Positions 62,608-64,000 of a stretch of 64,000 nt of DNA are shown here, in pieces. This DNA comes from Cirrosporium novae-zelandiae (lineage: Eukaryota), in NCBI GenBank assembly GCA_026023565.1, contig JAPETS010000013.1:372001-436000 (forward strand), given 5' to 3'. The notes beneath the pieces are model-generated. The model saw nothing but the letters and a program-made list of their open reading frames with translations, made no database searches and was not told where the DNA came from. Position 1 is the first letter of the stretch; each line of letters opens with the position of its first letter. The position numbers were made by a program, and so were the translations under genes.

Positions 62608-63294
62608 ACCTTCAATACCTAGGCCTCCCAGGTACACCACCTATCTCTCTCATTATTACAAGACGTTATCGTCACCCCCCGACCACGCCTTTAGTACTTT
62701 GGTAATTCTTCAGCTGCTAGTAGCCATTTTCCTAGCTTCTCTAATTCAATAAAAATATCCTCCGTGTCTTCAGGCGACGGGCATACTCTCTACTCAAATA
62801 TGCAGTAATTCTGAACTCTTCCCTCTTCTTCTTAGCTTTTCCAATATCCCACCTTTTAAAACCAGCATCGCCACTGGCCCTTATCTCAAACTTTCAAACC
62901 CACATCCAAAACCTCCGAAAGGGATGCCTTTGCATTGATTCAAAGGTGGCCCACGGGCAAATACACCCACCCTCAGATCAAGTGTTCTTGTGTTGATGCG
63001 CTACAGAACACTTCTGATTTGATTCCCTTCGACCGACCACGTAATATAGAATAATTATTCCCTTGACAACACGAGCCATACTGCTTCCCATATTCTTTTT
63101 AATATCATCTTCCTCCACCGACCTATCGACTTCATCATCTCTCAGTCGCATCACTTCTCCCTCACTCTCGGTACCTTCGATATCCTCACCATACCTGTTA
63201 CTGTCAACATCCCATTCCGCTTCGTGGCGCTTGACATGTGGCGTATGGCGCGACAGAATAACTGTCCGCTTGGAAAAAGTTGTTGACGTCTATT

Positions 63295-64000
63295 ATGGAT
63301 TTTTTGGTAAGTCTGTTTTCCCTCCGAAATCCGCGCGACAATCGCGATATCGGAAGCAGTATATATGCGCATCACCATCCCTGCATATGAACCCAAGTAC
63401 CCCATGTTTATGCAACACCCTTACTTGTCCATGCTCAACCGCTAATTTGACTTTTTTCACAGCTCTGCCTCTCTCACTTTTGTGAGATCCACGGACCTAC
63501 CTCTATCCTCTGCACACAAGTCTCACCCGTCTCTTGTCCCACTTGTTTCCCACCAACACCTCCACGATCCCGGTCTGTGAGCCCACATGCATCATCAGAT
63601 ATCGAAAGCCAGGAGGAATGGAGACAACGACCATCGAGACATGCTGGTCATGGAAACTTCGATGAGGAATCAGAAACGAGTACCTTGCGAGGTACTATGA
63701 AGAGTCCCACCAATACTTCATTGCAGACCTTGGATCCGTTCGATAATATACCCCCTGGTCCTGGTGGCCATACAATTCAAAGTCACCCTTATTATATCGC
63801 TAGCACTCATAGCGACTTTGCTTCTCAACATAGACAATATAATAACCGTGGTGATATCGAAGGTGAAACGTGCGCGAGCTGCGATTTTAGTGTACCAACA
63901 ACAGTAAGCCAAAAATTACCCGAAGGAGCACCAGGAAGCCCGAAGAAGGACGGGAAGGGAAAAAATGGAAGCCCGGTTTTGAGGTCGCGGCAATCGGTCC
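63295..64000 (+). CDS. LST7: Folliculin/Lst7 homologue, 5' part (exon 63295-63306, exon 63463->64000), truncated by the window end
   Basis: MDFL|LCLSHFCEIHGPTSILCTQV contains the folliculin N-terminal motif HFCExHGP. Later come CASC and NGSPVLRSRQ. Intron GTAAGT..GCTAAT..CAG. The frame is open to the window end and absent from the ORF track. Confidence 0.9.

Noticed and set aside
62741..63912. Apparent stop-riddled minus-strand frame resembling a RIP-type pseudogene (including ORFs 63151-63405 and 63718-63912)
   Set aside because: It is explained as the antisense shadow of the folliculin gene and its pyrimidine-rich leader on the + strand, and has no recognisable domain.

Overview
This is 64 kb of intron-containing filamentous-ascomycete (Pezizomycotina) genomic DNA. 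The evidence is GT..AG introns with CTRAY branch sites and recognisable fungal housekeeping genes. About 20 protein-coding genes can be rebuilt by hand: histone H1 (7 exons, absent from the ORF track), MSS4 PI4P 5-kinase, a hypothetical gene interrupted by one in-frame TAG, a glyoxalase/VOC fusion, NEP1/EMG1, an intronless coiled-coil protein, ECO1, a Pro/Ser-rich protein, a ~1650-aa low-complexity protein, a possible small orphan, COQ1, VMA12-like, PKA regulatory subunit, a C2H2 transcription factor, allantoinase, a frameshifted F-box gene, SHM2, RPA34-like, GRC3 and the 5' part of folliculin/LST7 (also absent from the track). I found no tRNA, rRNA, CRISPR array or recognisable transposon. 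The strongest lead is the otherwise intact three-exon gene at 8732-10098(-), whose codon 59 is TAG at a position where Trp looks plausible. It is a candidate for stop-correcting A-to-I mRNA editing; a recent nonsense allele or sequencing error are the alternatives. Other leads are a +1 frameshift at an A9 run in the F-box gene, MCB and GATA cis-elements, a shared 14-bp upstream motif and an orphan intron in non-coding DNA. All product calls rest on motif recognition by eye; no database search was run.
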